From assembly GCF_009914755.1 (NCBI RefSeq), contig NC_060933.1: a stretch of DNA of 64,000 nt; one strand, given 5' to 3'. A program made the translations under genes and the position numbers. The first letter of the stretch is position 1, and every line of letters starts with the position of its first letter. This DNA comes from the human T2T-CHM13v2.0 reference genome, Homo sapiens. The notes beneath the pieces were generated by a model, which saw only the letters and a program-made list of their open reading frames with translations, was not told the DNA's origin and ran no database searches. Below, one piece after another: positions 15,202 through 31,420 of this stretch.

Positions 15202-17481
15202 TTTTTAAACATGCTCTACGGTTAAGAGAAAAAGATTAGAAAATTAATGTAATTTAACTAACTTAGTCTGTTGATTTTCTTAGCCTGGGAAACAAAGAAC
15301 ATGATTCAGGATTGGGCTTCAGAGGGCTTATTCATGCAAAGATTAAAAGTCTATGGACATTTGAATATACATGTATTTGCTTGGTAGACAAATCCAAAGA
15401 CAATTTTAGAGCCTTAATTTTTCTCACTTGCAATAGTATAGCATATTGCATAGTCAAATTTTTGTATTTCAAAAGTATTGAGATCGCAGAATTAAAATAA
15501 AGGCAGTGTGCATAGTTTAAATTATATATGACAGTGTCAATTCAAACCAGATTACACTTGGATAAAATTTGTGTATGCATTTTTAGTTTCTGATTATGAT
15601 TTTAAAAATGACAAAAATATATTCCAGCTTATCACAAGAATATCCTGGTTTATCTCCACAAGAGAAGAGTTTTACATGGTTGTGTAATCCCATGGCTTAT
15701 CATGGATTATAATGCAAGATTTTTATTAATCAATTTGGGGCTAACATATGTGACATATTTTATGTCAGAGTGAGAAACTAGCCTAAGTTAAAGATGAAGA
15801 TCAGTTTTAATTTTCTAGAACTATCTTTCAGTCAACTTTAAACTCTAAAGTACAGATTTTAACCAAATTAATTTGTTATATATTTCAAGGAGAAACATAT
15901 TTTTGCTTATATACCCATAAAAATGTTAAGGTATATTTAAACAAACAGGCAGAATTTTATTTTTATTATATGTTTCATTTAAATCTGCATAATTTTACTT
16001 ATTTAAATAACTTCTTCTTACCTAGCAGCTATTTCACTCTATCATCAGCTTTGAACTAAAAGAATTTTGGAAATTCTGACTCAGTTTTGTTAAATAGTTT
16101 GAAGAAGTTTGTTTATGGTATAGAGGTCAGCTTTCATTGGGAAAGATCTATTCATGAATCGATTTCCTATAGTAGCAATAGTCAAAGGTAAATATAGCAC
16201 TTCACTGAATTATTGTTATTTTATTGCTTCTTTTCTTTGTCCTGCATGTTTTAAAAGAGGACTTCGGGCTAGCATGAGGCAAAATGAGAAACCACTTATT
16301 GATGATAAAATTGAATGGTTCTAACTAATTTATTACAGCAATCAATAGTATCAGAATGGAGGCAAATGGAATTTTCTCTTTGATATATGGCATATAACTA
16401 TTTAATAAGGATTAAGTCAAGATTGTCCTTCAGCTAAAAACACATTATAAACTGTAGGACATGAACAAACCTCCAAGGCCCCCTGTCCACCCAGAAAAGT
16501 ATGTGTTAACTACCAAAAATAATTAAAATTATTCAAATCTAGGATAAATTATTCAATATTAATTTATTAACAGTTACAATGTTACTCTGAATGTTAACAT
16601 GAGTATGCTTCTGTCTATACTAAAGTATTTGAATAGAAACCTCTGAATCCTATTTATGTTAATAATTTTGAATCTATATACAATAGATCTCTGAGAGATT
16701 TGGCATTTATCTTTTTAAATCAACAGCTTTTTCATTCTCGTGAGCTTGATAAACAAGACAACTTTTACAAAGTGTTAAGCTAATAAAATATATGAAGAAA
16801 AACACATGCATATTAATTCTCCTCTTGTAAGGTGAATAAATAGACTTTGGAGCTACTTAGTGGCCATCTGGGAAACACTGAACATAATTTTTTATGTAAA
16901 AGTCACCTTAACAGTTTTATTATTTTGAACTTGGGCCTAAATTTATGAAAGGCAGTAAGTGTCAGAAAAAGCTGTGAGAGGGCACTGCTCATTATATTAA
17001 TATGCATGCATAAATTATAGATGCATAATGTTGAGAAATGATTACATGTTAGATTTAGAAGGACAATAAATAAGTTATACAAAGGAGCAAGTAAGAATAA
17101 TTATTAGAAATTCTACCCTTTTAAAAGGTAAATAACTTTTATCAAAGAATAGTATAATGAAAAAGTACAAAAATGTAACCAGCTCTCAGGAAGTACTTTT
17201 TTGCATCTGGACAAAAGTAAATGCAGAAAATAAGTTTTACTGCTTCTTCTAAAGAATGAACTGGATATTCAAAGAAAACTTTTCAAAGAATGTAATAGTT
17301 TTCTGATCCTGATTATTTACTATCATTTATTTAAAAATTTTAATATATTTTAATATATATGAATAGATTCAGGTGACTATATATTAACCTTATCAGCATC
17401 CTACATAAAATAATTCCTTGTGATTTCATCTTGTGGGAGTGTTACTATTGTAAATAAGGACTCTATAGACAGAATATATAA

Positions 17482-17823
<342 letters not shown>

Positions 17824-19539
17824 TTAAATTGTCTTCTTACAAATTTTAATCTTCATAGAAATTGGTAATCAAAATCCTTAAGCAATGAAAAGCTGCTCAT
17901 TTCTTATCCGTGCTAAAGATAGTCTAAAGTCCTAAAATCATTTGAAACTCTTAATTACACTACACACAACACAATGACAGTAAAAACTTATCTAAGAGAT
18001 GACATGCATTTTGATATAGTTTATGTAGAATAAGTCTACATGCAGCTTTGCCTGAGGTTAACAAGGGATAAATCTTTTAAAAAGTCATTTTGTTAAAAAT
18101 ATGTTTATGTTTTCATGATCTTACATAAAATTGAATGTTACACTTCTGTAATATTTTATACCATGAAAAGATCAAAGAGAAGATACATAGCTTTTTTTAA
18201 AGCCAAGTTATCAAAGCACCGTAAGTCTAAGAAATTATCTTCTTTATGGTACTACATGAGTATTAGATTATTACACATTTTCTGGATTTACATGTCAACC
18301 ATTTTAACATTTTCAGAAATTTCTATTACAGTTTTATGACAATTAGACTATAGGTCATTTGCACTATTTCATTTTTTTTAATCTAATAAGCGAACAATAT
18401 TATCTTAACTTGACTTTTTCCCAGCTGGCAGGCAGTATACTTAAAGCACTGGAAGTTAAGTTTCCTCCTTCTTAGAATTCTCCAGAATTTCATGTCAGAT
18501 TTAAATAAATCCTTAATAGTATCTATAATCCTATTAGAAAATTAGCTCCCTCACACTTGGGATATTTCGTCTGATTTGTTAATTCCTCCTTGAAGTAGAC
18601 AACTTATGCCAACATGTTTCCTTTGAAAATATTCCACATCCATATGATGAAAGAATCTTATCAAACTCCCAGAAAAGCCTGGGGATTTTGAGGTTGCGTT
18701 TATGATATAAACCATTTCCTTTGGGGCTGATATTAACTACAAATCTTAGTTCAGGTACAGAATTGTAACCCAGAGAATCCTGGAGTAAAGAATTTGTGGT
18801 TAGATAGTGGGTTATGCAAAAGGCTTAACTCGAACTTCAGTGCTTTGCTATTGACACACAAAGATTTACATCAAATCTTGACTTGGTTCTTTGGTGTATG
18901 AGGCTTCCTCACTACTTACAAAGGAAAAAATAAAAAGTCAGGATCTCAGATATAAAGAATAAGACATTATGAAGATGTCAGACAAGTTAGACACAGATAG
19001 ACGCCCCCTCTTCTGGCACCTATAGCTTAATATTTGAGACACATTTCAGCTCATTCCCACAGTTGTCATAGAAGCCAGCTAATGTTAGAAAGCAGCGCTC
19101 TGATCTTTAACTAGTGTAAAACTAATCTGAATTTACTAAGATATTTGCTTATATTTTTCCTTTTGTTGGTAGAATGGTGTGAGATGCATATATTCCTAGA
19201 ATAGAAGCAAAGAAAGATCAAATAATCTCAAAAAGTATACCCAAATTGATCATCTGTTAATACTTAGAGTCATCATTATAAAAGATCATTGTAGTACAAC
19301 GTTGTACTTATGTTAAAAATATCATATTGCACACTTAAAATTTTGTTAGATCTCGTGTGTTCTTATCAAAATAAAATAATTCATAAAAAAATCTAAAACC
19401 TTGAATACACAAACTTGAGATAATCTATGGATTTCTAATACAGAAGTTGATAAAGAAAGAATAAAGTCAAAAAAGAGCTAATAGTTCATTGTTTTCAGAA
19501 AGTAATTTTTATGAACCAAGTATCATAAAAATACATTTA

Positions 19540-19618
19540 TTAGGTTGGTGCAAAAGTAATCGCTGTTTTTGCCATTGAAAGTAATGGCAAAACTGCGATT
19601 ACTTCTGCATCAACCTAA
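19540..19618. mobile_element. MADE1 (Hsmar1-derived MITE), palindromic
   Basis: ttaggttggtgcaaaagtaatcgc...gcgattacttctgcatcaacctaa; preceded by TA. Confidence 0.95.
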
Positions 19619-20514
19619 TGTGTTTTAGTATTAAACTCTACTTTTACAAAATTATTGATTTTCTAAATTAATACATATTTAAGCTAGATGATGACAAAAC
19701 ATAAATTTATGTTTTAATTATAAAAACATTTTTATCTTAATTGACAAGAATAATTAGTATAGGATCAAATATAACAGATGATGACATATAACTTTCAGGT
19801 TTGAAACGTTACAAAATAAGCTATACTAGAAATTTTTATATAATCTATAGAGCTCAAAAATTTTCTTTTATGTGACTTTTACAAGATATAACTCTTATTC
19901 TTGAGTATTCAAAAAATTATGATTTACATATAAAAAGATTAGGTGTGGTTAAACCAATAGTATTTTTATCTAAAAATATGTTAATATTTATTTAATAACC
20001 ACATACATTTAGTATTTTGTCTTATTAACTTATTTACCAAGTAGGATACAGTATTTCTGAGATGAGTAATTTTATTAGTGATAAAATAAAACATATTAAA
20101 AATTTAGGAGGCCATTGTAATTGGCTATTTTGTTTTTTTTGTTTTAGTAATATTAGTTTTCTTGTTTAAAATTAAGCAGCAACATAGAGATTATTCAGCT
20201 TCAATTCTATAATTTAAGTCATAGGTTAAAAGCAAATGTATATTTTAACAACTGCTGTATTGTACACATACACAGACAAGACCATTTAAAAATTCCTTTT
20301 ACAGCCAAACTAAAATACCATTGGTTGTGTAAAATGCAATCTGGAACAATTGTCTCAATTTTGCTGTTGACACTGGGCTGGAATCTTGGTCAAACTCCAG
20401 CCACTGTGACCTGTTCTAAACAGATGCTTCAATTACTAGATTCCTCAGTCCTGCAAAAATACCTACTAAAAGAAAGACATCCACCAACCTCTCAGCACTT
20501 TCCACTTGTTTTTT

Positions 20515-20700
20515 AAAAATATATATAAATACATATTTTATATAAAACACATAATATACATAAATCATATATTAATTCTTATATATTATATTACATTAAA
20601 TTATATATAAAATATATATTTAAAATATATATTATGTGTATAATATATAAAATTTATATTATAAATAAAAATATAAAGTATATATCAAAATATTCTATAT
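20515..20700. repeat. AT-rich low-complexity tract
   Basis: degenerate (TA)n. Confidence 0.8.
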
Positions 20701-21710
20701 TTTTTGAAAAGGTAGACAAGTTGGCTGTGAGTCAGAAATAATTCAGAAACACACTTAGTAAAAACAAGATATTTTGTTGCACAGAGAGACTTCCCCAGAA
20801 AGCCAAAAAAATCATTGCTGAGAACAAGAGAAGAGTGAAATAAATTTCTCAGGCAATGCAACTCATTGAACTTCAGTGACTTAATTCTTGTGGGTATATT
20901 GCTGGAACCTTCATTTTAAATAAGAATAATAGAATTGAGAAATGTTTTGGGCACTGAATGAAAAATCATTATTGTTAGGGTTGTTTGTTATTTACAATAA
21001 TTATAATGCAAAAGAGTCTAGAATTCATAGAAATTAAATTTCTCTAAGAAAGAAGGAAGGCTGTGTTTATGATTCAATTGTCATAGACATTCAACAGTTC
21101 TGATTGGATAAAGTTGGGGTCAATTTTGAATTTTTAAAAAATCCAAAATTTCTGTATTTGATAATCAGCTTCTTGTCTTATCCAGAATGTAAAACTTTTA
21201 GGAGGACTGTGTTATTCATGGTATATATGTTGAATAGCAGGGCCTTTAGAAATATAAATCTTTTCTGTGCCAAAATAGTACTATGCTTCATTCAGACAAT
21301 GGGGGAGGCCAAACTAAGTATTAATGGTTTTTTTTTATTGCAGTCATCATATCCTCAAGAGAACCATAAATTTTTAATAGTCACTGGTTTAATGGGAAAA
21401 AAGTTAGGGTTTTCAGTCAGACAGATTTCTATAATTCTAGGTTTATGGTTTTGCAAAAATGTAAATCTCCAGCATCCTTTTAATACTCTAACTTCAGGAT
21501 GCAGGCATTTCCTCTCTACAGACTGGTTGAATTGATTGTTTGGTAGTTTTAATAACTTCTACCATGAATGTCACGTTTGCATTCCAACAGAGTTTCTATC
21601 TGTTTTTCTGCATTCAGTCACATAACTAAATCCTTCCAGTTAGTTTTAACATTGAATTTTGCCACCTTTCAGAAGGTGGGTAAGCGAGGAAGTAGAAAAA
21701 TTATTATCTT

Positions 21711-22134
<424 letters not shown>

Positions 22135-22453
22135 TTAGATGTAGCACCTGCTTATCACACAAATCACACACATCTAGGACATGTATTCACTTCAATTCAC
22201 TAGGTCTATAATGAGTCACACCCATAGATTTGGTGTTATAAATTTCCAGCTGATTTCAGATAACCTCCACCAATTCACATAATTCACAAGTTCATAGAAG
22301 AAAAAATATGCAGCCCTCTTTTATATTTGTAAATTGTTTCAGTCTAATTTTCAGGTGATTTTATGTTAGCTGAGCTTATTCTTTTTGTTTTTTTGTTTTT
22401 GTTTTTGTTTTGAAGCTTCTCAATCCTATTTAATCAGAATTTTTATATACAGG

Positions 22454-22809
22454 TTTTATTTTTAAATTATATTTTAAGTTCTAGGGTACATGTGCACAAC
22501 GTGCAGGTTTGTTACATATGTATGTATACATATGCCATGTTGGCCTGCTGCACCCATTAACTCGTCATTTACATTAGGTATATCTCCTAATGCTATCCTT
22601 CCCCCCTTCCCCCACCCCACAACAGGCCCCGGTGTGTGATGTTCCCCTTCCTGTGTCCAAGTGTTCTCATTGTTCAATTCCCACCTATGAGTGAGAACAT
22701 GCGGTGTTTGGTTTTTTGTTCTTGCGATAGTTTGCTGAGAATGATGGTTTCCAGCTTAATCCATGTCCCTACAAAGGACATGAACTCATCCTTTTTTATG
22801 GCCGCATAG
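22454..22809 (-). mobile_element. L1PA4/5-like 3' end (~350 bp)
   Basis: 3'UTR plus ORF2 end (FSLIGGN, ORF 22674..22859); no clear TSD. Confidence 0.93.
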
Positions 22810-23359
22810 CATAGAGAGAAACCACTTTTCCAAACTATGTAGAAATACAGAGTATACATGTGGTTGGTGGTTGCTATTTAAGTTATGATTAAACTTTTCA
22901 ATCAGTAATTGCTACTAAGCAACCCATTTTCATTAATTTCCGAGAGGTTGACTTATGTTTCAATGTTTAGATGCCCGTGGGTTTTGGTAACTGTGCTCAA
23001 ACAAGCACTTCCGTTGTAAACTCTAGAGTGGGTCAAATGACTAAGCAGTGCTGGCTACAAATAGCATTATGATGATTTTATAAATAGAATTGAATTACCA
23101 TTATCCAAGTTTTCAAAAAGATCTTTTGAAAAACCCAAGTTTCGGATGATAGTCAAGTGTCTATGTTTTTGAGAGACATATGTGTGTGTGTGTGTATCTC
23201 ATGTCCATTTAGCTTGATCCCTAGCTCTCTGCTGAAAATTTTTGGGTTTAAATAGAGCAGAGGAACAAAAACATTGCAATTTCTGTGTTTTGGAAAAGTC
23301 TGTTTCGCTTCATGAAATGGGACAGTTTACAACACACCCTTACCATGCCTTTTACCATG

Positions 23360-23460
23360 TAAAAGGCATCAATTTGATCTCATTTGATCCTCATGTCTAC
23401 TGTTATGTCAGGCATTATCATCTCAATTTTATAAATGAAGAAACTGATGTTTTGAGAATA
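23360..23460 (-). mobile_element. MIR core
   Basis: tctcatttgatcctca...attatcatctcaattttataaatgaagaaactga. Confidence 0.7.
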
Positions 23461-23569
23461 TGATGTAGTGTCCTATATATAGGATACTTCATTATTTTCT
23501 ACTGATTTTCACTTCATTAGAAAACACCAAGCTATGCCACTACACAGCTACTGAAGAAAACCAGAAAAA

Positions 23570-23770
23570 TATTTCATATATATATTTTAATATATATCAA
23601 ATATTTCATATATTATATATATGTTATATAATCATAATATATTATTCATATATATTATTAATATAACATATAAATAATATATATGAATGTAGTACATATT
23701 AATTCTGTTAATTATATGTTATATTATATATAATATATACATTATATATGTATGTTATATATAATATATG
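23570..23770. repeat. AT-rich low-complexity tract
   Basis: degenerate (TA)n. Confidence 0.8.
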
Positions 23771-26700
23771 TGCAGGTGTGTGTCACAGTTTACTTAACCT
23801 CTGATATTACAACTAAACTACACTGGGATCATACCAAAACAGTTGTTAATTTTCAACTTCTGACTTAATGAACAATTTTCATTAATCATGAGTAAAAGGA
23901 AAATTACCTTTTCTGATTTTTATAAGCACACCTGTTATTCTTATGCACACGTGGTACATTTACAAACATATACACCTCCTCTATACAGATTGTACCATGT
24001 GAGTTAAGAAAGAAGAGAAGGGGGAAAGTACACCTAAGAAATGATTAAATATGTATGACAAAATCAGTACACTTAAACAACATAGTAACTACATTAGCAG
24101 CATGGCATAAGTTTTTTGGCACCAAACATGTTTGATCTGTCTTTAGGATTTTAGTAATAATGTAAAAGTACTGAATACACATTATTTTATGGCAGGTCCT
24201 TATTTTAAGACATTGCACAAAATGGTATGAAGTTCTTAAACTCTCAAAAATACATTAAAATCTCACAATATGTTAGCGACTTCTTACGCATTCACAGAAA
24301 GTCTTCTGCAGTATCAAAATTTGATACATCAATGAAAACATTAGAAAAAGATGCTCAGTGGCAGATAATTTTGCTATTTACCCTTCTGTATTCAGAAATA
24401 CACTTTTTGGTTTAAGATAGTTTAATAATCACTTTACTTTTTCTTAACTTTATTCCAGCCATAGTTAAATGATTGGAAAAGATATTATCTGAATTATAAA
24501 AGTAATTGATCAAATTTAGGATTTTAAGGCACATAAGGAGGCTATAACAGAGCTCATTTTTTTTCCTTTTTTAATAAGGTTTCTTTTACAAAATTAATTT
24601 ACTGGTTTGTAAGTATTTCTGTTTAATGTCTGCATAAATGATGCTATATTGAAATGATGTTCCAAAGATATTTTATAATATTTATACAAAGAATATAGAC
24701 CACAGTTTTGATACCCAGGGATTTCCTATAAACAGAAAGATGCAGTTAACTCTAAGTATCTCTGAATTACATTGATTATTTTTGAAATTTTGATATTATA
24801 AATCTTATGGCTTCTCTTCATGTCCAGGATTATATAACAGAAACCAAAACAAAACATATTAAGTAAATAATTTAAGAAGTGTTTTGTTTTGTTTTAATAT
24901 GAAGGCCAACAGTCATCTCTGAAACTATGTTTTCATTTTCAAGGTGCTGCTGTAGGGTGAATTCTAACAGTGATTTAATTATAAATGCAAATTTTAACGC
25001 TGGCCTCATACTTGGAACCTGCTAATAGGGTGAATTTTCCAATTGGCCTTCCTTCTTCTTTTTATATTACCTTTTCTGTTTTTGAATATTTTCTATAAAC
25101 TAGTCCATTAATGTAATCAAAATTACATTATATAAAATAATCCTAGGAAGGACAATTATGCGCATGAAAATGAAAAGAACTAGGAAAAAAGTGGCTTTCC
25201 AGAGTGAAACTGTATAGAGAATAATTTAGGTGATCTATTTAACAGAATCAAAGTGTTTTTCCTCTTACTGAAAGCACTTTTTTTTGGACTCCCATAAATG
25301 CTTTTAAGACTTTCTTTGGAAAACCCGTCATTTTCAAAGTACCCTTAAGAGCACATAATCCGTACATAATTTGAAAAAATTGCACTTTTCTGAAATAATG
25401 GCAATTTTCTAGATAACTAGTTTATACAATAAGGAAATACTTCAGACTTGCTTTGAAAAGGGGAGTGCATTACAGATGGACACCTTGTGCCATACTTTGG
25501 ATTAACTATATTACCTACAAATACAGAAATACATTAATGTGCATTAGATGGTAATCTATACTTTTTTCAGGAAATAACATGTAGCTCAAAAACACCTAGG
25601 TATTTTTGGGTAGAAGAGGGTAGTGTTATAAACTAATAGTTCTTGAAGCTTTGCAAGGAGAAAACACAGAGCTATTTGATATTTATGTAGATACACTGGT
25701 ATTTTTAAAGGTTACTTTACACTGTATGTGTGGTGTCTTACAAAAGACAAAGAGAGAATGCAGGTTGAAACTGACCTACCTTGACAAATTACACCTATCA
25801 CATTTGCAATGTGATTTTGAGATAATTTATATGCTACACATTCAGGGAAGAAAAAAATGTATAAAAGAGAGAAAATAAATGAACCCTCCTACACATGAGA
25901 TTATAATCTTCCCTAAGAGGTAGGGATTGTACTCTTTTTCATCCTTCCAACAATCAAAATTCTGGTCTTACACCCACTGCTGTAAGATGACCTGATTTAA
26001 ATTGTTTACAATTAACCATAATTAATCTATGGCAAGTCTAAACTGCTTTTTTTTTCAGTCATCCTTATAATATCTAGACTAAGAGAATATCATAGTTTCC
26101 TACAGTGGAAATTTTATAAGGGGATCTAATTTTCCGTTTCATTATTATCAACTTTTTACTTATAGAGATAATTAAACATTTTAAAATGAAATTCCCTGGG
26201 AAACAAAAAGTCCCTTGTGAGAGAATAGCCAAATAACCAATCTCTTACAAAAAGGCAGTCAGTGCTGCTTGTCAAACCTTGGAAATAGATCATTGTCATT
26301 CATAGTCATACTCAGTTAAATCCGATAGGGGAACTGAGGATAAACTATTTCTCTTGGGTTATATATTGCAAAATGTTTTATATTGGGAAAATATTCATTA
26401 TACTTCAAAATGGATCTTGAAATACCAGCCCAATTATAGTATATTCATGAAAGCAATGAAACCTACCTTTGTGGTTGAAAGCTCAAGAAAGAACAATTTA
26501 TTTATAAGTAGGATTGATGAAAATAACATATCTAATAAGTTATTGCAAGTATTCAAAAGGAGACAATATTAAAATGATGCATTCTTGACTGTATACGAAT
26601 ATTTTAAATTATGAAAATATTGTATACATTATAGACATATATAACATACTCCAAAGAGATTTGTGTTCTATGTAATTTGCCCTAAAATAAAGAAAATAAA

Positions 26701-27809
26701 TTGCTCTAGGTAAATAATATTTTAATAATATAGCCATCTAAATATTAAGCTTATTTTAGATAAACCAAATATAAAAAGTAAAATATAATGTGATCAAAAT
26801 AATATTTTGTTTTATGTATATGCAATAAAAGCTAAAACTGATGACAGCCATTAAGCATTGCAGGGTTTACTATCAGAACAGAATTATCAAACCATTGATG
26901 TTTGATAATGAAGGAAACATGAAGACTTTACTGATTTACCCTAATTTTCTTACTGATAACAATAGGATGTGCTTAAGCTGGCAGGAGCTTCTATTATTTC
27001 TCTCAGTAGAGGCTGGAGTTTGAGTACTTACTAAATCTTTGGCACTAAGTACAGTAAAACCATTTTCTCCTTGAATTTTGCTCATTATTCTATTAGGTTG
27101 ATATAGTGGGAATAATGGAATTATTTATTCTACAAGGATTCATTAGCAAATAAGGTGGAAATTTTATAAAGTCAAAATTTCTCTGGAAAGTGCCTTAGGT
27201 GCCATGTGGGAGATGAATGAAATATTTTTTTGCAAGAATCCTTATAGCTGGGTTTTCCTATTGGTCAGATTATCATTTTTTTTTTGAATTCCAGATAAAC
27301 TACTTTACTGGCTTTGTATGAAAAATCCATATATTAAAGTACCAGTATTACAATCCAAGATGTGGTTACCCTGAAATGATTTTTTGGAGAAATCTCACAT
27401 TGAGTGGAATGGGAGGCAAGTTATGATGTTTAATGTTTTTCCTGTCAGTTTATTAGTTTTCAGAGATCATACACTTTCTGCGAGTTAAAAATACTTGGCT
27501 CAACATTATTGTATTAAACTGTGGATTTCTTACATAACAGGATTAGGAGACTTTATATAACTTACCTAGCTAAAGTTCACTTAACTAGAAAAAAGAAAAG
27601 CTACATTGAAACCATGTCTCTTAGACTCCTAAACTTTTGTTCTTATCCCCTGGCTTAAACTAACCTGAGGCCCAGAGGAATTAACAGAAATGTGGCAATT
27701 TATTAGCATAACTGAAAAAGCTTTTATATTGTGAGATTCCTATCCAGTGCATACTCATTTAGTAAATTCAGAAGCTGAGTGAATTAACTACCATGATAAT
27801 TATGTAGAG

Positions 27810-29340
27810 GAATTTTTAAAAATAAAATTTTGTTACAAAACAATTACAGAAATATAGCAACATTGCAAAGACTGCACGAAGAATTCCCACATATCTCAGA
27901 TTCTGTTTCCCCTACCATTAACATCTTAACCTTAAGATAGTGCCATTGCTATACAATAAATGAATGAATATTGATTCATTATTACAAACTGAAGTCTATA
28001 AACTACAGATTGCTTCAGTTTTTACCTTATGTGCTTTTTCTGCCCCATGATCTCATCTGGGATACCATATTTCACTTAGTTATCTTGTCTCCTTGTGGTC
28101 CTTTTGGCTGTAACAGCTTCTCACACTTTTCTAGTTTTTGATGACCTTGACAGTTTTGAATAGTACTAGTCAGATATTATGTAGAATTTACCTCAATTGT
28201 GCTATGTTTGATGTTATTCTGATGTTCAAGCAGACTTATATGTTTTAGGGGGAAGGCCACAGAGGTACACTGCCATTTCCGTCACATCAAATTCAAAGTC
28301 ATTTCTAACACGACTTTTTTTCCTTTTTCTTCTTTTTTTTTTGTTTTTAAATTTTACTTTAATTCCTGGGATACATGTGCCGATTGTGCAGGTTTGTTAC
28401 ATAGGTATACAAGTGCCATGGTGGTTTGCAGCACCTATCAACCCAACATCTAGGTTTCAAGCCCCACATGTATTAAGTATTTGTCCTAATGCTCTCCCTC
28501 CCCTTGCCCCCCACCCCCAACAGGCCCCGGTGTATGATGTTCCCCTCCCTGTGTCCATGCGCTCTCACTGTTCGACTCCCACTTGTAAGTGAGAACATGC
28601 AGTGTTTGGTTTTCTGTTCCTGTGTTAGTTTGTGGAGGGTGATGGCTTCCAGCTTCATCCATGTCCCTGCAAAGGGCATGAACTCATTCTTTCTTAGGGC
28701 TGCATAGCATTCCATGGTATATATGTGCCACATTTTCTTTATCCAGTTTATTGTTGATGGGCATTTGGGTTGATTCCAAGTCTTCGCTATTGTAAATAGT
28801 GCTGCAATAAACATATGTGTGCATGTGTCTTTACAGGAAAATTATTTATAATCCTTTGGGTATACACCCAGTAATGGGATTGCTGGGTCAAATGGTATTT
28901 CTGGTTCTAGATCCTTGAGGAATCGCCACATTGTCTTCTACAATGGTTGAATTAATTTACATTCCCACCAACAGTGTAAAAGTGTTCCTATTTCTCTACA
29001 GCCTCGCAAGCATCTGTTGTTTCCTGACTTTTTAATAATCGCCATTCTAACTGGTGTGACTTATTACCATGTGCATCATTCCAGACTCTTCCCCTTTCTT
29101 ATCCCTAAATTCCCACTCCAACAACAGTGAAAAGCCTGGCTCCTACCATACATTATCCATTTACTCGTCAAAACCAGTATACACGTATAGGTTTATCAGA
29201 ATTATCAGCCCATATCTTTATGAGAAATACCTTTATCGACAGAAGCACAGAATTTATGGAAAGTTTATTTTGCATTTAGTCTTGCAGCCAGAGGATTTTT
29301 AAATCGACAACTTTAGTCATGTAGGTCACAAATAGTACTT
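27810..29340 (-). mobile_element. Old L1MC/L1MD 3' region, interrupted by an L1PA8-like insertion
   Basis: gatgaccttgacagttttgaatagtactagtcagatattatgtagaa; resumes at ~29063 (aacagtgaaaagcctggctcc). Confidence 0.75.
28317..29058 (-). mobile_element. L1PA8-like 5'-truncated element
   Basis: ctaggtttcaagccccacatgtattaagtatttgtcctaatgc 3'UTR; ORF 28473..28814 is ORF2 end; gactt at both junctions. Confidence 0.92.
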
Positions 29341-29845
29341 CTGAATGAAACCCTTCAATCTGATGAGTGAGTTTTTTTATTAGTTATGCTCATATTTGGT
29401 GTATCAGTTCGTCTCTATCTGAAATGCTTTTCTCTGTCAATAAGACAATATCTTAATAAATATTAGCTTCTAATCCAGAGAAAAACCCTATTCTGTTGCA
29501 AGTAAGTAACATAATCTTTCTGGCATATAGCTGAGTAAACTATTCTAGAGACAGTCACAATGTCTTGTTGATATTAACATTTTATATTAAGTATCTATTT
29601 TCTACTCTTGTAACTAAGAAGTTATTAAGACTATCTGCAAATGAGGATAGAAAAGTCACATTTAAACTGATATATTCCTGCAAATGTTTTTAAAAAGATG
29701 AGAGAAGGGACATGATGTTCGCTGTTTAGTACAAGCCAAGTATTAGACTTAAAAAAATTTTAAATTGCAATTTTCATAATAGTACCTATAATAATCTCAT
29801 GTTCCTATTAATATGATTTCCTATACACATGAAGTTATAGCAAAA

Positions 29846-30177
<332 letters not shown>

Positions 30178-30407
30178 TTATCTGACTTGGTTCTTATTAG
30201 TTGATTGATCAACACTTTTTTTTCTTATCTTTAGCATGGTTGACCAACATGTTTGTTTTTTTTCTTCTTATCTTTAGCTTCTACGTGTGCCAAATGTGAA
30301 AAATAATTTTGAACTCTTAAGATGATTATTGTTTAGGATTAAGAAGATAATATATAGAGAGCTCACTGTAGTATCTTTATTAAATAGTAGATGCTCCAAA
30401 ACTATTA

Positions 30408-31420
30408 CAGTAGTCCTCGCTCACCTGTGGTTTTGTATTCCCCAGTTTCAGTTACATATGGTCAACCATGGTCTGAAAATGTTAACTGAAAAATTTCAGA
30501 AATAAATGATTCATAATTTTTAAATTGCATGCCATTCTGAGTAGTATGTTGAAATCCTGTGTACTTCCACGTCCTCTCATTTGGCACATAAATCATCCCT
30601 TTGTCAAATGTCTCCACACTGTATATGCTACCTGCCGGTTCATCCTTTAGTAGCCCCCTTGTTTATCAGAATAACTGTCCAGGATTGCAGTGCTCACGTT
30701 CAAGATCAATGTAGCCTAATGCTAGGTCACAATACTTACATAAGTCACCTCACTTTATTTCATCACCTAGGCATTTTATCATCTCATATCATCACAAGAA
30801 GGGTAAGTAGAGTCATACCTTATTTTGAGAGGGAGACCACATTCAAATAACTTTTATTACAGAATATTGTTATAATGATTATTAGTTTTGTTTATTTCTT
30901 ACTGTGCCTAGTCTAATTTATAATAGGTATATATTTACAGAAAATATAAACTGGTATATAGAGGTGTGTTAGGCCTTTCTTGCATTGCTATAAAAAAAAC
31001 CTGAGACTGGGTAACTTATAAGAAAGGTTTAATTGGCTGATGATTCTACAGGCTGTATAGGAAGCATGATGCTGGCATCTGCTTCTGGAGAGGCCTAAGG
31101 AAGCTTGCAATCATGTCAGCGGGCAAAGGGGGAGCAGGAATCTCACACGGCCAGAGCAGGAGCAAGAGAGTTGGTGTGGGAGGTGCCACACACTTCTGAA
31201 AAGGCAGATCTCTCAAGAACTTACTATCTTAAGGACAGCAGCAAGGTAGGAGAGATCTGCCTCTCTTGACACAAACACCTTCCACCAGGCCCCACCTCCA
31301 ACACTGGGGATTACAATTCGATATATTTTGTGGGGCATATATTCAAGTCATATCATTTGGGATCAGTACTATCCATGTTTTCAGACATCTGCTAGGGGTC
31401 TTGGAACATGCTACCTGCAT
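30408..31420 (+). mobile_element. MER44 (Tigger7-derived) DNA transposon interrupted by an MST LTR
   Basis: ta-cagtagtcc..gtttcagttac..ggtcaacc..ggtctgaaaat start; gtactatccatgttttcagacatctgctaggggtcttggaac end. Confidence 0.82.
30965..31355 (-). mobile_element. MSTB-like MaLR solo LTR
   Basis: tgtgttaggcctttcttgcattgctata...cctgagactgggtaa ... accaggccccacctccaacactggggattacaatt..catatca. Confidence 0.87.

Noticed and set aside
21104-21535. 143-aa ORF in unique DNA
   Set aside because: Non-ATG start, composition typical of AT-rich noise, no recognisable domain.
30200-30280. Short local duplications (also 11950-11998, 37131-37163, 62595-62660) as array-like or CRISPR-like repeats
   Set aside because: Two-copy slippage duplications in eukaryotic DNA with no spacer structure.
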